Shown here one piece after another: positions 10,992-20,043 of a stretch of DNA of 64,000 nt. A program made the translations under genes and the position numbers. Each line of letters starts with the position of its first letter. Position 1 is the stretch's first letter. The stretch lies in the IMG/VR virus record IMGVR_UViG_3300028048_000050, positions 19,494 to 83,493 of that record; one strand, written 5' to 3'. This stretch comes from a virus (Duplodnaviria; Heunggongvirae; Uroviricota; Caudoviricetes). The notes beneath the pieces are model-generated. The model made no database searches. It was given only the letters and a program-made list of their open reading frames with translations, and was not told the DNA's origin.

Positions 10992-11143
10992 ATTAAAAAC
11001 TATAGTATACCATTTAAAACAACTATTGAGAACTCTAGTTTAACGTTGTTTAGAGCTTTGGTACCCTCAACTCGGACATTAGTAATCTTGGTGAAGTTCT
11101 CATAAACGCAGTACACCTCAACTAACATAAACTATAGTTTTTG

Positions 11144-11223
11144 TAGGACTAAAGGGACTCGAACCCTCACTCCGTGGAATATGCTCCTAAGGCATACGTG
11201 TCTACCAGTTCCACCATAGTCCT
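11144..11223 (-). tRNA. tRNA-Leu (UAG), class II
   Basis: Anticodon arm TATGC-CTTAGGA-GCATA. It has a long variable arm and a T-arm GAGGG-TTCGAGT-CCCTT. Confidence 0.55.
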
Positions 11224-11231
11224 ATACCATT

Positions 11232-11483
11232 TTATTCTAAATTAAGTTTTAATCTACACCAATCACTAAATTTCATTGCTTTATCCAAACAGAAAATTTC
11301 AAAATCATTATCTACTGGATCATCACCAGTAATTATATAATATGCGAATCCCCATATTGGAGTAGTTGCAAGAAGAAATAATGTTCCTATAATTCCAAAT
11401 AATAGAGAACAAAAAGTTACTATACCAAATAAAAATCTTTTAAAATAAATCATTGTGGATAAATTATATCTGATTGTTTCCAA
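11232..11483 (-). CDS. small membrane protein (paralog of 17661..17867; shares the YYIITG(D/N)DP motif)
   Basis: 83-aa ORF with a hydrophobic core. The motif is shared with the ORF at 17661..17867. Confidence 0.4.
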   Translation of the reverse strand: METIRYNLSTMIYFKRFLFGIVTFCSLLFGIIGTLFLLATTPIWGFAYYIITGDDPVDNDFEIFCLDKAMKFSDWCRLKLNLE

Positions 11484-11929
11484 GTTAAATTTTCATATCG
11501 AAAAAGAATCTTTTTAGTAGGAGTTTTTTCAAAAGAAGAGATTTTTACAAAACCAAGATATTTCATTAAGAAATACTCTTCTTGTAACATACCTTGAGGC
11601 TTGTGGTCATAAAAAGCAGCAGGAACATTTCTATATCTCTTAAAATATTCCGGATTATCATATACAATACTACGAACTAAATCTTCGTGTTCGCAAGATT
11701 TACATTTATGAATAGTTCCATCAATTTCTACAAATCCTGTAAAAGGAAACCTATCTCCTAATTCAGTTTGAATTGGAATATCCCAAAGATTTTTTAATGT
11801 TTCTTCTGCTTTATCTGCTCTTTTACTAGCCTCTCTATAAGCTAAAGAATAATCTTCATCACCATAAGGAACATTATAACACAAATGTTGTTGATGGTTT
11901 AAAATTCTTTCTAATTTAAAAATATTCAT
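11450..11929 (-). CDS. hypothetical protein
   Basis: 159-aa ORF. Confidence 0.4.
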   Translation of the reverse strand: MNIFKLERILNHQQHLCYNVPYGDEDYSLAYREASKRADKAEETLKNLWDIPIQTELGDRFPFTGFVEIDGTIHKCKSCEHEDLVRSIVYDNPEYFKRYRNVPAAFYDHKPQGMLQEEYFLMKYLGFVKISSFEKTPTKKILFRYENLTWKQSDIIYPQ

Positions 11930-11941
11930 AATTAATTTTTC

Positions 11942-12289
11942 TTAAATTTTTTCTAATCTAACTTCAATTACTCCACCCTGCCAATTAGAGAGAAACATAT
12001 TTCCACCACATTTCTGTGATAACCATAATGGAGATTCATCAGTAAAAAATTCACTTCCAAATAAATCATTTAATTTCTTTTTAATGCTTTTTATTTCGGA
12101 ATTGAGTTCTTTTATCTTATCAGCATGTTTCTTTTTATTAAGAGTAGATACTTCTAATTCAAGTTCTTGTTTATTTTCATTCCATCTCTTATAAATATTT
12201 TCATAATCCGAATGTGCTATAAGATTCTTTACTTGAGATACTCCATATTTAGGATATGTAATCCTATAAATACCTAAAACTTTTTCCAT
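11942..12289 (-). CDS. hypothetical protein
   Basis: 115-aa ORF. Confidence 0.4.
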   Translation of the reverse strand: MEKVLGIYRITYPKYGVSQVKNLIAHSDYENIYKRWNENKQELELEVSTLNKKKHADKIKELNSEIKSIKKKLNDLFGSEFFTDESPLWLSQKCGGNMFLSNWQGGVIEVRLEKI

Positions 12290-12299
12290 ACATTAATAT

Positions 12300-12390
12300 T
12301 TTTAGCGGAGAGGCTGGGTTCCGACCCCAATCCAATAATTTGAACGTGAAGTTTAGCAGACTACCCCTACTCCTTGCAGGTTGCTCTCTC
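12300..12390 (-). tRNA. tRNA-like element, non-canonical (acceptor GGAGAGA/CCTCTCC, T-loop-like GGGTCGGAACCC)
   Basis: The two ends can pair and there is a T-arm-like hairpin. No standard anticodon arm was found. Confidence 0.2.
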
Positions 12391-12517
12391 CTTATTATAC
12401 TTACATTCCACTATCCCGTACAACTGTAATCTTTTAGCCTTGATTGGGTGATACTAAACTATTCGTTGCCTACGGTAACTTCTCCTAATTTAATAGGTGT
12501 TTCCTTCTGTATTAGAG

Positions 12518-12603
12518 CGGAAGCAGAGGGACTCGAACCCACAAGTCGTTTCACCGACCACTTGTTTTCAAGACAAGCCGACTACCAATTATCACATACT
12601 TCC
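12518..12603 (-). tRNA. tRNA-Ser (UGA), class II
   Basis: Acceptor GGAAGTA/TGCTTCC. Anticodon arm CTTGT-CTTGAAA-ACAAG. Long variable arm. Confidence 0.55.
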
Positions 12604-12735
12604 ATTTCTATTACTTTCAATAGGATTTCCTTTTTTAACAGGTATCAACAACTTCCTGTCCTATATCAATAAGTAATAGATTTTCAACAATTTTGTTTTA
12701 ACGTTAAAAATTGTGTAAAAAACGTGTTGAATTGG

Positions 12736-12807
12736 TACTCCTGATAGGATTCGAACCCATATTTCAAGATTCGTATTCTTGTGTCCTTTCCTTTGAACGA
12801 CAGGAGC
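12736..12807 (-). tRNA. tRNA-Arg (ACG)
   Basis: Acceptor GCTCCTG/CAGGAGT. Anticodon arm CAAGA-ATACGAA-TCTTG. Confidence 0.55.
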
Positions 12808-12808
12808 A

Positions 12809-13126
12809 TTAATAAGGAAATAATTGTTCTGGATCTTTAAAATCTTTTAATAAATAAGGAGAAACATAATATTTTCCTATTTTATAATCAGCATATTTAA
12901 CAGTTTTCTTTTGTAAATATACTTTAGTATCTTCATTAGTTTCTGGATATAACCACCAATAATATATATCTAAATCATCAGTTGGTTTATTTCCAAATTT
13001 AGAGATTAATTTAGGAACAATATGCTCCTCTTCAAATTCTACATAATCTCCTCTTTCACCATGAACTATTCTATTATAGCCATTGGCAAAGAGTGTACCA
13101 TTCTTTAAATATATATTTTGTTTCAT
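12809..13126 (-). CDS. hypothetical protein (start moved to the MKQNIYL... methionine because the upstream part of the ORF overlaps tRNA-Trp)
   Basis: The ORF at 12809..13174 minus its tRNA-overlapping N-terminus. Confidence 0.35.
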   Translation of the reverse strand: MKQNIYLKNGTLFANGYNRIVHGERGDYVEFEEEHIVPKLISKFGNKPTDDLDIYYWWLYPETNEDTKVYLQKKTVKYADYKIGKYYVSPYLLKDFKDPEQLFPY

Positions 13127-13128
13127 AG

Positions 13129-13202
13129 CACTCCGGGTACGAATCGAACATACGCTTTCTTGATTTGGAGTCAAGTTACACTTCCAATTATGCTACCGAA
13201 GC
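13129..13202 (-). tRNA. tRNA-Trp (CCA)
   Basis: Anticodon arm CTTGA-CTCCAAA-TCAAG. T-arm GTATG-TTCGATT-CGTAC. Confidence 0.55.
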
Positions 13203-13302
13203 GTTTATAATTACACCTTCCATCGTGTATAGCTTTCCTATACCTTACTTGGGCATTGAAACTGTTTAGCCGGCTTTCCCCGTTGACCAGTGTAATTATA
13301 GT

Positions 13303-13373
13303 TGGGCAATCTAGAGTCGAACTAGAATCTAAAGTTTTTCAGACTTCCGCATTGACCACCTCTGCCATTACCC
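13303..13373 (-). tRNA. tRNA-Phe (GAA)
   Basis: Acceptor GGGTAAT/ATTGCCC (perfect). Anticodon arm GAAGT-CTGAAAA-ACTTT. T-arm TCTAG-TTCGACT-CTAGA. Confidence 0.6.
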
Positions 13374-13582
13374 AATATTACGTAGATGTATCCATACCAT
13401 CTACTTATCCTTTTTTAGTTAGTTTTTCTTATAGATTCAAAAACTACCTACGGCGATTTCCTTTCCTTCAAAAAACTCATTAACATTCGGTAACACGGAT
13501 CCTTAGTACCTATCACTTCTTATAGCCAAGTGAGAATCACTATAACAGCATTAATGTCTCGTTACCAGACAAGTTTGGATAG

Positions 13583-13664
13583 TGGGAAGAAGAGGACTCG
13601 AACCTCTGAACCTCGAAAGGAGGAGATTTACAGTCTCCAGCAATTGCCACTATGCGACCTTCCC
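13583..13664 (-). tRNA. tRNA-Tyr (GUA), class II
   Basis: Anticodon arm GGAGA-CTGTAAA-TCTCC. Long variable arm. T-arm AGAGG-TTCGAGT-CCTCT. Confidence 0.6.
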
Positions 13665-14118
13665 AATCTAGATTGTTAGTTACTAAGTACAATCTAGAAA
13701 ACTTATAATCTACCACCTTTCTCCTGGTTGATTAGTACAGATAGAATAAGATTAACAGCGCTCCTATGGAATTACCCAATGGTCTGTCACCTACATTTAT
13801 CTTAAAGATATTGGCGAACCTGACTGTAGAATCTCACTACAGAACCTTGACTCCCATCTTGCGACTGTCAATGCTTTATATAAGCTACCCATACTTGCAG
13901 GTTCAGGGTTTCTGATTCTTATTCTTATACCTACTACAAACCCTTTTTCAGTAACACGACAAATTGTATTTTCGAGATTCCTCGATCTTCCAGTAAACTA
14001 CTAAACTAACGGACTATCTTTTGTCGTACAAGATAGTGAACTTACGATTTCCCTAGAAAGCCGAAGTTTCTAGCCTTACGTCTATATAGCATTTGCAACT
14101 ACTATATAGCCAACAGTG

Positions 14119-14191
14119 AGCTTCCTGCCGGACTTGAACCGACGACTTCAGGATTACAAATCGAGCGTTCTACCAACTGAACTAAGGAAGC
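14119..14191 (-). tRNA. tRNA (anticodon loop TTTGTAA suggests Thr-UGU, but the anticodon stem does not pair, so it may be a pseudogene)
   Basis: Acceptor GCTTCCT/AGGAAGC and D-arm GTTC/GAAC are perfect. The anticodon stem CTCGA/TCCTG is non-complementary. Confidence 0.35.
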
Positions 14192-14288
14192 AAAAGGAGC
14201 TAACTCGTAGCTCCAATAATTAAAATTTAAACTATGCAAAAAATCAATTTACATGCCAGTTTCCCAACTAGCTCACAAAATGAAATAG

Positions 14289-14364
14289 TAGCGTAGACAA
14301 GACTCGAACTTGCACAGACTTCATCCCAAATGAAGGCGGATACCTATTACCGTTATACTACGCT
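14289..14364 (-). tRNA. tRNA-Pro (UGG)
   Basis: Acceptor AGCGTAG/CTACGCT. Anticodon arm CTTCA-TTTGGGA-TGAAG. Confidence 0.5.
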
Positions 14365-14371
14365 ATAATAG

Positions 14372-14445
14372 AATCCAGTGTTGGATTTGAACCAACGAAT
14401 ACTTGTTTTGCAGACAAGCCCTATAGACCACTCAGGCAACTGGAT
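14372..14445 (-). tRNA. tRNA-Cys (GCA)
   Basis: Acceptor ATCCAGT/ACTGGAT. Anticodon arm CTTGT-CTGCAAA-ACAAG. T-arm GTTGG-TTCAAAT-CCAAC. Confidence 0.55.
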
Positions 14446-14450
14446 ATATG

Positions 14451-14524
14451 TGGTGGCCGTGGGAGTTGAACCCACTATCTCCAGCTTATAAGGCTGGTGC
14501 TTATACCAGTTAAGCTTCGCCACT
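14451..14524 (-). tRNA. tRNA-Ile (UAU), tentative (AUA decoder)
   Basis: Anticodon arm CCAGC-CTTATAA-GCTGG. D-arm GCTT/AAGC. Both terminal acceptor pairs are mismatched. Confidence 0.4.
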
Positions 14525-14529
14525 ATTAG

Positions 14530-14602
14530 TTCTGACACCTGGGTATGATCCAGGGACCTCAATCTTATCAGGATTGTGCTCTACCTACTGAGCTATGTCA
14601 GA
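14530..14602 (-). tRNA. tRNA-Ile (GAU)
   Basis: Acceptor TCTGACA/TGTCAGA. Anticodon arm CAATC-CTGATAA-GATTG. The T-loop ATCATAC is unusual. Confidence 0.5.
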
Positions 14603-14724
14603 ATATGCTAGGACTTCCTCTACCTAGCTTTGCAGATTTTCCAATTTTGGCTGGAAGGTTTACCTACACTTATGCAGTAGGTCGCACGCAGGTTCTGCTT
14701 AACCTTACCCGAAAAGGATTATAG

Positions 14725-14797
14725 TGCTCGTAGAGGGATTCAAACCCCCGGCACACTGTTTTGAGGACAGCTGTTCTGATCGCTGAACTATACGAGC
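14725..14797 (-). tRNA. tRNA with anticodon UCA (opal/UGA-reading; suppressor- or Sec-like; C33 instead of U33)
   Basis: Canonical 73-nt cloverleaf: acceptor GCTCGTA/TACGAGC, D-stem GTTC/GAAC, anticodon arm GCTGT-CCTCAAA-ACAGT, T-arm GGGGG-TTTGAAT-CCCTC. Confidence 0.5.
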
Positions 14798-14841
14798 AAA
14801 AACCCTCTCACTAGGAGAGGGAAAAATTCAAATTATGAAAG

Positions 14842-15216
14842 TTACTTTATGAGTTGTAACTTTTTAAAAAGTTTATCATTATTCAAAACTGCTAGAGCAG
14901 TGATTTGATTATTCAAATCCGGTTCTTTAAATTCTGTATAATCGACTTCGAGAATATCTAATTTATCTTTCCATTTATTTATATCTACTGATAAATATAT
15001 TAAATAACTATTATTCCAGGTTTGTTTAGGATGATTAAGTAACCATTGAGCTACTACATGACCACCTTGAACACAACCATAAATAGAATTTAACTCTTTA
15101 TTAATCAGAACATACAGCCTACTCTCCGTAGTGGATGTAGTAGTCTTCGACTTTCTTTTGAAAAGCTTTCTTAGAATATTCATCGGGTAATGCTTTATAG
15201 GATTTCTTAATATCAT
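14842..15216 (-). CDS. hypothetical protein
   Basis: 124-aa ORF. Confidence 0.35.
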   Translation of the reverse strand: MILRNPIKHYPMNILRKLFKRKSKTTTSTTESRLYVLINKELNSIYGCVQGGHVVAQWLLNHPKQTWNNSYLIYLSVDINKWKDKLDILEVDYTEFKEPDLNNQITALAVLNNDKLFKKLQLIK

Positions 15217-15370
15217 CTTGAATAAACTTATCTATTTCCTGCACATTATGTTTTAGTAAATAATAAGCACAATACATTGGATGCATCCATACTCCGCAAT
15301 CACCAGTTTTCTTTTGTTCTGCAACTAAGTCTTTAATATTACTTTTAAATTTTAATACATTAGGTTTCAT
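15119..15370 (-). CDS. hypothetical protein
   Basis: 83-aa ORF that partly overlaps the previous one. Confidence 0.3.
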   Translation of the reverse strand: MKPNVLKFKSNIKDLVAEQKKTGDCGVWMHPMYCAYYLLKHNVQEIDKFIQDDIKKSYKALPDEYSKKAFQKKVEDYYIHYGE

Positions 15371-15563
15371 AATACAATAAATTAATTAAGTTAAAAAATA
15401 CTATCTACTTTAATATTCCGCTTAATTAATTATTGTCTGGACCTTTGTTACGAGTTCATATACGTTTCATAATCATTAATTTTAATAAATTTTAACTAAA
15501 TATCTCCCTTACTTGGGATTATAAATATATATTTCTTTGTTAGAAATCAAAAGTTAAAAATTG

Positions 15564-16142
15564 TTAATTAAACTTTCTATTTTTAAATCTTTTAACAATA
15601 TTTCTAGATGGAAGCTGTCCGCCCTGTTTCATCCATCTTTTCTATAAAGATAAAGCAAGTTTACCAATATTTGTTCCTTTATTAATTTTAATATTAGCTC
15701 CAGGAATAATATATCCTTCTGGAACGATATTTTTAGCATAAGATATAGGCTAACTTCTATCAATATAATAATATTCTCCTGTAGAATGATTTTGTCTCAT
15801 CCAATATTTTTTTCCATCTCTTCCAGTATATTCAATAGCACCCATTGGAACATTATATACAACATTATATTGAACCTTAGATTGAGGTTTTATTGTTTTT
15901 TTATTTTTTGATTTATTTAAAGATCCTGTTATAATAGGTTCTTTAACAGTATTTTCTGTTCCTCCTATTTTATTTCCCATAATTCTATCATTTCCACGAA
16001 TTTCATTAGAAGTAGGATTATTTCTTTCCCAACCTAAATGCTTTGGAGAATTATCTGTTGGTAATAGTGCAGACATTTCATTCATGTTATCCACAAATGA
16101 TTCATATGCAGAATCGTTTCCGGCTGCCTTAGAATTATACAT
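15564..16142 (-). CDS. hypothetical protein with two in-frame TAG codons (candidate TAG read-through; hexapeptide-repeat-like C-terminal extension)
   Basis: The 130-aa ORF ends at a TAG at 15750-15752. Hand translation continues in frame as PISYAKNIVPEGYIIPGANIKINKGTNIGKLALSL-TAG-KRWMKQGGQLPSRNIVKRFKNRKFN-TAA. Confidence 0.35.
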
Positions 16143-17041
16143 TCTTGTTACCCCATTAGCATCCGTCCAATTAAAATATCTCTATTTTTTATTACGAGCA
16201 TCATTCCACGCCTATTTAAATGATATTCCGTTCTAAGCCTTTAATAGTTTTTTACCCTATTTAAATCTCTATACAGGGTTTCTTGAAATTAATTTGTTCA
16301 TCTTAAATAAATTTTAACGTTAAAATAAAGAATTATCTACTTTAACTACTAATTTACTTATAAATGTTAAAATTTCAAAATTTTAATCTTCACATAAAGA
16401 TTCTATAAATTTCTTTACTCTTGGTCCTAATCTTCCCCATTTATTTATCTTAACAACAATAATATCAGGAATTAGTTCGTCTTCAGATTTTAAAGAACTA
16501 AATAATTCAACACCTTCTTTAAAATATTGTTCTAAAGAACGTATTTCTAATATTTCAATACTCTTCATATTCCTATATGTTTTTTACACGATTCTATATA
16601 ATAATTTTTTATTGTTTTGTATTCTCCATCATAATGTTTCCACTCAATTAGATGTTTTATCCATATTCTGTCTAATTTAGATGGATGTTTCTTTTTTAAC
16701 ACTCTTAATTTCATATTGTTAATTGTTTAAATTAAACTGGAGGTAGTCTCCAGTTAAATACTTGTGCATAAATTCCAGTCATGCCTTTGACTCTTCTCAA
16801 TTTTGTTAAGAGTTGCCCCAATCACCGATCGATTTAGTAATGATAGGCCAGTTTTCACTAGCCGGGACTAAAACCCTATTTTGTAATTATTACCAGGTTG
16901 GTCGGACACAACCTTATATAATTTTTCCATCAACAAATACAATGTTATGTGGAAAATCATATAATAAACTGAGAATATCATCATTATCATTTAATTGATA
17001 GTTATTAGGAACATTTACTTCTATTTGTAATTTTACTGTTT

Positions 17042-17428
17042 TCATTTAATTCCCAATTCTTCCTTAAATATTTCAAGAGCCTCTTTAGCATCTTTTTCTC
17101 TAAGGAAATAAGCTATACCAGGATATAAAACACTAGCATGTTTAATTATAGTCCACCCATCATAAGAATTTTTTCCTATAAAATATTTATCTTGATCAGG
17201 ATAAAACTTATCACTAGGTTTCTTATAAAATTCTGCTAATGTTTTTAAAATACCTTCTTCTTTAGGGATTTTAAATGAACCAACTATTAAAGATATTTCA
17301 GAATAAGATAGTCTATTTAATTCTTTTTCAGTAAAAGCTTGTAAAGCTAATTCTTTTAAAGTTGGATTATTACTAATATACCACTCTTTAGCTTTAAACA
17401 AAGATACTTTGATATTTCTTGTTTCCAT
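17042..17428 (-). CDS. hypothetical protein
   Basis: 128-aa ORF. Confidence 0.4.
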   Translation of the reverse strand: METRNIKVSLFKAKEWYISNNPTLKELALQAFTEKELNRLSYSEISLIVGSFKIPKEEGILKTLAEFYKKPSDKFYPDQDKYFIGKNSYDGWTIIKHASVLYPGIAYFLREKDAKEALEIFKEELGIK

Positions 17429-17430
17429 AT

Positions 17431-17664
17431 TTAAGAATTTAATAATGATGTAACAGTTACTACTTTAGTAGTTTCTTTAATTGCTCCAAATTTAGATTCA
17501 TAGTTTTCTGTAGCATCTGTAGAGGTCCAATCTACGGTATTAATATCAATACCAAAATGTCCTAGTGCATTAGCTACTTCCAAACCTTTTTTAATTGGTT
17601 CATCAATCATTCCTTGTTGATAAATACCATCTTTTACATTGATTACCTGTACAAAAATTTTCAT
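17431..17664 (-). CDS. hypothetical protein
   Basis: 77-aa ORF. Confidence 0.3.
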   Translation of the reverse strand: MKIFVQVINVKDGIYQQGMIDEPIKKGLEVANALGHFGIDINTVDWTSTDATENYESKFGAIKETTKVVTVTSLLNS

Positions 17665-17867
17665 AATTTTCTATCTATAAAATCAGTTATATTTTCACCT
17701 ACATTAAAGAAGAATGATGATATATCTTCACATAAAGGATCATTACCAGTAATTATATAATATATAGGTCCCCATAATAATGAAGATATTACAAAAGCAA
17801 TATTCAACATAATACATATAATAAATATAGGGCAACATATAAAAACTTCTATAAATCTTTTAAACAT
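17661..17867 (-). CDS. small membrane protein (paralog of 11232..11483)
   Basis: 68 aa. Shares the motif WGPIYYIITGNDP with the 11232..11483 ORF. Confidence 0.35.
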   Translation of the reverse strand: MFKRFIEVFICCPIFIICIMLNIAFVISSLLWGPIYYIITGNDPLCEDISSFFFNVGENITDFIDRKL

Positions 17868-18473
17868 CTTTATATTCGTTTTTTAATCTACAAAATATTC
17901 TTCTATCATCCATCTGAAGTTCAGGTTTTAAATCACAATTCCAAGGAAACCAATCAGTCCAAACCTTTCCTTCTTTTGACCAATATTCATATCGTTTTAA
18001 TGTCATTTACTTTTTCAAATATTACATATTTTTTATCCTTTCTATAAAAAGGAGTACAAACATGTCCATGATAGTAACAGGAAGAAGTATAATTTCTTTC
18101 TCTTCTATTCTTCCATCCGTTATACCAGCAACCTTTACAGGTTACTCCTAAATCTTTACTTTCTTTTACTAAAAGAACATTGGAACCTTCTTGAAAGGTC
18201 GAACCTATTGGATTAAACTTCATGCTTACTAAATTTCTTATTTTATATTAATTAGTCGTCTATGAAAAATAATAGCAAGGAGAAATACTAATCCAAGCCA
18301 ATGCCAGAAATCAGTAAAGAAAAATTCACATAAATATCTAGTTATTTCCATTTTTTATTGTTTTCTTCCATTACAAAAAATAGTCCTACAACGGTAATAA
18401 CCATTATAATACACATTAATACAAACCACATAATTAATTATTCATATATTTTTTAAATTCTTCTTATAGTTCT

Positions 18474-18866
18474 TTAAACATTGGAAAGATTTAGTGTGTC
18501 GAGTATTTCATTGATTCCATGCTTATAAGAAGCTAAACACATATCAATAAGAGAACTATTCTTCATACCATTAGCTTGTGATATTAGCCTTTGTTTGTAC
18601 GATTCAATCATCGATTCTGTATTCAAAAACTCGCTTAAAGGCTCTTCTTTTTGCCTCTTCTCATAAAGTCTGCCATCAGAAAATCCTTTAACATAATCAT
18701 AAGGTGGAGCATCTACTATTACAGGCTCTTCTTGCAAGGATTCTATATAAGATTTTAATTCATTCAACGTTTTAATCCTTCCAAGAACTTCATCAGTAAA
18801 GGGTTCATAATTTATTTCATTAAGCAACAATTCAATCTTTGCCAAGATTTTTTCTTTGTCTGTCAT
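18474..18866 (-). CDS. hypothetical protein
   Basis: 130-aa ORF. Confidence 0.4.
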   Translation of the reverse strand: MTDKEKILAKIELLLNEINYEPFTDEVLGRIKTLNELKSYIESLQEEPVIVDAPPYDYVKGFSDGRLYEKRQKEEPLSEFLNTESMIESYKQRLISQANGMKNSSLIDMCLASYKHGINEILDTLNLSNV

Positions 18867-19117
18867 ACTTCTTCTTTTTTCTGTACTTATTTAATTATTG
18901 GTTGAAATATCCAATATCCTAGCCCCATTATTATAGTAGTACAAATACCTACTATATCAATAAATAAGATAAAATAGGTAATATAAAACATACCATTGTT
19001 CTTAAAACCATACCATGACTAATTGCTATGCTTGTATCTATACATCTCAACAAAGAAAAGTATTATATGTAGTGTAATCCACACAACAATAAATCTAAAT
19101 AATACAATCTCCATAAA

Positions 19118-19432
19118 TTATTCTTCTTTCTGTGCTTTATTACTTACTGACATACCAAGCTCAAAGAAATGTTCCGCAATTTTATAAAAATCATTGAGGT
19201 AGATGTTCCCTCTTATATCACTTGTAAGTGTTCCCCAATAATTATCAGCATCTTCATACAAGTCCACCTCTTTCACTTCAAGGGTGTCGATATAATCAAG
19301 CAGCCTTCTTAATGTTAAGTCTTTGCCAACATTAACTATTACACTCTGTTCTGTAGTGTAACCATACTCAAGACTTATATTCTTTAGCTTGTTTATCTCT
19401 GCTACTAAAGCGTCTTTGTCTATCAGTCTCAT
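19118..19432 (-). CDS. hypothetical protein
   Basis: 104-aa ORF. Confidence 0.35.
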   Translation of the reverse strand: MRLIDKDALVAEINKLKNISLEYGYTTEQSVIVNVGKDLTLRRLLDYIDTLEVKEVDLYEDADNYWGTLTSDIRGNIYLNDFYKIAEHFFELGMSVSNKAQKEE

Positions 19433-19436
19433 AACA

Positions 19437-19739
19437 TTATAAGTTTAATATTTGTACGATATGAAGATTTTTAAGCATTTGCTTATGAGTTTTACCTTCC
19501 TCATCAGTCCATTGTAAAAGTTTGAAAAGTTTATTTGGTTTTCTGCCATGAGGATGAGGTGCTTCAATAACAATTCCTATAACTTCTGTTCCTTTTTGTT
19601 CTGGAACAATTTCGTTCCAACCACCAATATCGTCAGCCTGAATACCCTGACTATTAAAGAGATGGTATTTAGTCTTTACTGGCTTATAGCCAATAATAGC
19701 TTTAATTTTAGTCCCTATAGGAATTTCGTTTATTTTCAT
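19437..19739 (-). CDS. hypothetical protein
   Basis: 100-aa ORF. Confidence 0.35.
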   Translation of the reverse strand: MKINEIPIGTKIKAIIGYKPVKTKYHLFNSQGIQADDIGGWNEIVPEQKGTEVIGIVIEAPHPHGRKPNKLFKLLQWTDEEGKTHKQMLKNLHIVQILNL

Positions 19740-19762
19740 AGAAGTATTTATACTATTGTTTC

Positions 19763-20041
19763 TTATTCCTTTAAGTTATCTATGATTTCCTGAAAAGCCT
19801 CATAAGCCATGTCTAAAGCCCCAAGTTCTGCTCCTTCCTCAGATACTTCAAGACCAGTTGAATCATCGAACCACTTATGATATAGCTTATCAAGTTCTGT
19901 TTGAATTTTATAAATAAAGGCATCCTTGCGGACATACTCAATGTCACTATTAGTTATCTTTTTACCATGCCATGTTGTGCCAAGTTCTTTATTGGCTCTA
20001 ACATGAATATAAATATTTTCTGGTGCTTCGTTTGCTTTCAT
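19763..20041 (-). CDS. hypothetical protein
   Basis: 92-aa ORF. Confidence 0.35.
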   Translation of the reverse strand: MKANEAPENIYIHVRANKELGTTWHGKKITNSDIEYVRKDAFIYKIQTELDKLYHKWFDDSTGLEVSEEGAELGALDMAYEAFQEIIDNLKE

Positions 20042-20043
20042 AA

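Noticed and set aside
12448-12672. Plus-strand ORFs inside the tRNA arrays (12448..12672, 13256..13483, 14353..14562, 9804..10142, 33960..34154, 35602..35829, 12809..13174 N-terminus).
   Set aside because: They are antisense to, or overlap, well-folded tRNA genes and have no coding context, so they are chance ORFs.
13665-14118. tmRNA or RNase P RNA in the 450-nt ORF-free gap of the tRNA array.
   Set aside because: No tRNA-like acceptor/T-arm pair flanks it, and the conserved P4 or tag-reading-frame motifs are not recognisable by eye. It is kept only as an unexplained non-coding segment.
14725-14797. Genome-wide TGA-to-Trp (code 4) recoding implied by the UCA tRNA.
   Set aside because: TGA terminates the terminase-like, portal-like and membrane-protein genes at sensible, overlapping-start positions, and a separate tRNA-Trp(CCA) exists. 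The tRNA is reported as an observation, but code 4 is not adopted.
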